This document shows positions 44,042 through 46,587 of a stretch of DNA of 46,587 nucleotides, one piece after another (within the stretch, counting starts at the first letter, position 1; each line of letters starts with the position of its first letter). The DNA is from a virus (lineage: Duplodnaviria > Caudoviricetes), in the IMG/VR virus record IMGVR_UViG_3300049009_000606, positions 1 to 46,587 of that record. One strand, 5' to 3'. The position numbers were made by a program, and so were the translations under genes. Below the pieces are notes generated by a model, which made no database searches, was not told the origin of the DNA, and was given only the letters and a program-made list of their open reading frames with translations.

Positions 44042-44959
44042 TTAAGTAGTGTAGGTGTAGTATCCGCTAGAACCGTCAAAGGCGTAGTAGACTGTCTGCA
44101 TACCGGCAGAGTCGTAATAGGAGTAGAAGACGTGTCCGTAGGAATACCATAGTTCAGATCCGTCTGAATAGAAATTACCACCGAACGAATCCTCCATGTA
44201 TCCGTTCCAGCCTTTACCATATTGGAAGGAAATATATGTGCCATACTCGTCGTAGTAGTACAGGTCTAGATTGTATTGAGAATACGTATCCCAGAATCCG
44301 TAAGGAAGGTAGCCACAGGTAGGATCGTTATACTGGTTAGCGCCGTAGTAACTTCCGCCATTGCCGTCTGCGTATGTCGTCAGCTTGAAATAAACAAAAT
44401 TCCAAGTTGTTCCAGATTGGTCCAAAAGATCTCCATAGCCGCAACTTTCACCAACATTAGTACCAGCATCGATGAAGTTATACTCGACCAGGGTATTGGT
44501 TGCAGTTTCAAACTTCAGATATGAAGTCATCGGATAATTGCTTGCATAGTCATAGTATCCGTATGAATGAGCAACCTGTCCGTTATAGGCCGTGATGTTA
44601 TTTCCACTACCGCCGGCACTACCGCCGCTCCCATTTGAGTATGTAGACTCGGAGTATGTTCCGTATGTGAATGTTCCGCTGTCCGGTCCATGACTCCAGT
44701 TGATTTGAAGATCTGAATTACTGGACGAATACATATATCCGTATGGAATCCAGCAGCCTTCCGTGTTGCTGCCTTCGACATTGGTATAAGACCCACCGGC
44801 TCCATCTGCGCGAGTCACGGAGTAGTTCCATTCTCCGGACCAGTAATTATTAAAGTAATCGTATCCATCGGCTGCCGTGCAACCAGCGGACAGGAATGTT
44901 CCGTATGGCGGGAAACTAGAACCAGGCTTGAACGCCAATCCTGTAAGGCCGATGATCAT
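44042..44959 (-). CDS. Tyr/Gly-rich repeat protein, putative fibre-tip adhesin
   Basis: ATG at 44959 (MIIGLTG), TAATG-coupled to the fibre gene. Repeated (A)DGxGGSY motifs. Confidence 0.65.
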   Translation of the reverse strand: MIIGLTGLAFKPGSSFPPYGTFLSAGCTAADGYDYFNNYWSGEWNYSVTRADGAGGSYTNVEGSNTEGCWIPYGYMYSSSNSDLQINWSHGPDSGTFTYGTYSESTYSNGSGGSAGGSGNNITAYNGQVAHSYGYYDYASNYPMTSYLKFETATNTLVEYNFIDAGTNVGESCGYGDLLDQSGTTWNFVYFKLTTYADGNGGSYYGANQYNDPTCGYLPYGFWDTYSQYNLDLYYYDEYGTYISFQYGKGWNGYMEDSFGGNFYSDGSELWYSYGHVFYSYYDSAGMQTVYYAFDGSSGYYTYTT

Positions 44960-46494
44960 TAGGCCAGGTTGCCGGATAGTACCCACTCATTGGACGCAAC
45001 CTTTATGGCTACTGCAGTACCCCATTGCTTCGTAATATTCAGAAGATTGTCGGCAGAGTGAATTGTCGCGTAATTAGACGGAGCAAAAGACATCGTATAA
45101 CTAGACATATTAACGAAGACTACTTGTGCGCCAATCGGGAACGGTCCGTTGGCGTCGTCGTTTAGATAAAAAGTAACTGTTGAATATGCGAGAATAACCG
45201 TATTGGCGTCAGATGCCACGATTGACCGATACCCCATGCCTCCGTCGCCAGCAACAGTAGTCGCAAGCTGGGTATTGTTGGTGGCAGCGGCAGTAGCCTG
45301 GGTAGTCGCGTCCGGGAAAGTCACGCCGGTTGCGCGAATCTGGGTCATTCCGCTGACATCCTGGACCGTGATGACGTCATGCTCGATCCACGCGGAGTGG
45401 GGCGTCGCACCCATATCTTCAAAGCCGATATACTCGTTGGTGAAGTAGGCCGTCTGGTCTGGCGTGTCGATGTGCTGGATCGTGACGGAGTCGTGGGCGA
45501 TGGTGACGCCCAGTTCGTTGGTAGACTCAAAGACCTTCACGATGTCCGGCGAAGCAGAGAAATAGTAGTCCGCATTTTTCGTAAAGATGCGGTTGTATTC
45601 AACGGTCGAAAGCTGGTTGACGCTTCCGGTGAGTTCGACGCCAAATCCCCAGCCGCCAACCTCGGAGTCGTTCGTTCCGTCGGACATAACGATAGCAGCA
45701 CCCTGTGAGAGCGTACCGCCATCGAAGGAAGGAGCCGAAGTGATATAGCCTTGTGACGTAACGAAGGCTTCCGTTGCGTAGCCGGCAGGAACAGACGTAA
45801 GAAAACCACGGCCATTCACCCAGGCCTGGGTGGCGTAGCCAGTCAGCGCAGAACTGGTGATGTAGCCGTCAGGATTGTTGACCGAATACTTACCATCTAA
45901 CGCGGACTGTAGTCCAGTCACGTTGCTGATCGCGTGGGTGTGGTGATAACTGGCGTAATTAGCCGCCTGGATCGTAGAAACGGCAGCTTCTGCCGTATTG
46001 GCGTGGACAAGGGCTGAATTCTTTGCCTGGAGGGCGGTAGTGGCGTATCCAGACGCCGTATCGGAGTAGCCTTGGGCGAGGATCGCCGAAGCTTCAGCAA
46101 CATCTCGCGCAATTTCAGCGTCATCTCGCGCTGCAAGAGCGTCTATGGCGTTCTGGGAGGTAAGAACAGCCTCCAGTTCAGCCACCTTGGCGTCACCAGC
46201 ATCGTTAACCAGTCCAATCTGGGCTGCGCCGGCAGCCTCAACGGCTTGTACAGGAGCGTCCGTGAGCAACGGTTCAACTTCCTCGGCGATGACAGCCAGA
46301 TTAAGAGCAGTCGTACGCACCTTGCCGTCGTCGGCCTGGATTTCACCCAGCCGAGAGATGGTGGCGTTGATCGCCGTTCGGGCATTGTTCAGCTCCTGGT
46401 CGATTTTTTGCCCCTGGTGGGGGGTGGTAGGGTTGCTTTGGCTAAAATCCGTGAAGGACCAAGAGCGGTCGAAAGGAGCAGGAGGCTGACTCAT
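44959..46494 (-). CDS. tail fibre protein
   Basis: N-terminal anchor (IDQELNN...LGEIQADDGK), Ala-rich coiled coil, HTHAISNVTGLQSALD and YAT..V...GYIT fibre repeats, C-terminal FPIGAQV...WVLSGNL domain. Confidence 0.75.
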   Translation of the reverse strand: MSQPPAPFDRSWSFTDFSQSNPTTPHQGQKIDQELNNARTAINATISRLGEIQADDGKVRTTALNLAVIAEEVEPLLTDAPVQAVEAAGAAQIGLVNDAGDAKVAELEAVLTSQNAIDALAARDDAEIARDVAEASAILAQGYSDTASGYATTALQAKNSALVHANTAEAAVSTIQAANYASYHHTHAISNVTGLQSALDGKYSVNNPDGYITSSALTGYATQAWVNGRGFLTSVPAGYATEAFVTSQGYITSAPSFDGGTLSQGAAIVMSDGTNDSEVGGWGFGVELTGSVNQLSTVEYNRIFTKNADYYFSASPDIVKVFESTNELGVTIAHDSVTIQHIDTPDQTAYFTNEYIGFEDMGATPHSAWIEHDVITVQDVSGMTQIRATGVTFPDATTQATAAATNNTQLATTVAGDGGMGYRSIVASDANTVILAYSTVTFYLNDDANGPFPIGAQVVFVNMSSYTMSFAPSNYATIHSADNLLNITKQWGTAVAIKVASNEWVLSGNLA

Positions 46495-46500
46495 GTGCGG

Positions 46501-46529
46501 ATAGTGTATCAGTCATTCCATAGAAGCAA
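46501..46529 (-). promoter_or_regulatory. putative leaderless promoter for the late operon
   Basis: TTGCTT-N17-CACTAT-N6-ATG(46494). Confidence 0.55.
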
Positions 46530-46587
46530 GAAATGGAATGTAGGAGAAAGTTTTTTTAGTACCCGAATTTTTGCGAGAGGGGGATGG

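Noticed and set aside
44042-44959. Diversity-generating retroelement target (many AAY/TAY codons)
   Set aside because: No reverse transcriptase and no near-identical template repeat seen in the window.
46500-46587. Direct or inverted terminal repeat matching the left end
   Set aside because: No match to positions 1-100 seen by eye, so terminal redundancy cannot be shown from this sequence.

Overview
The window looks like an essentially complete ~46.6 kb tailed dsDNA phage genome with podovirus-type morphogenesis genes (P22/T7-like portal, adaptor, nozzle and ejection proteins). It has three parts. (1) A + strand early arm (295-5989) of small, mostly acidic unknown genes, headed by a GP88-family protein and with a strongly skewed word usage over the first ~2 kb. 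(2) A - strand replication/recombination block (6094-17178): RusA resolvase, detached small terminase, signal-peptide lysozyme-like protein, primase-helicase, Cas4-like nuclease, SF2 helicase, SSB-like protein, Sak4-like ATPase and Cro-like HTH. (3) A - strand late block (17284-46494): an atypical lysis cassette, Nmad1/DUF1599 and HNH-like genes, a 3587-aa polyvalent ejection protein, four consecutive Met-Cys proteins behind a GNAT-like gene, nozzle, adaptor, capsid, scaffold, portal, large terminase and tail-fibre genes. I saw no DNA polymerase, RNA polymerase, integrase, tRNA or CRISPR array. The most unusual signals are: large non-coding elements (14678-14950, 6570-6866, 1-240) that fold with G-T/G-U pairs on the + strand; the Met-Cys/GNAT cluster; the mosaic giant protein; leaderless, SD-less expression signals; and an HNH-like frame with no canonical start behind a TGA-TAG double stop. 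All family assignments come from motif recognition by eye, not from database searches.
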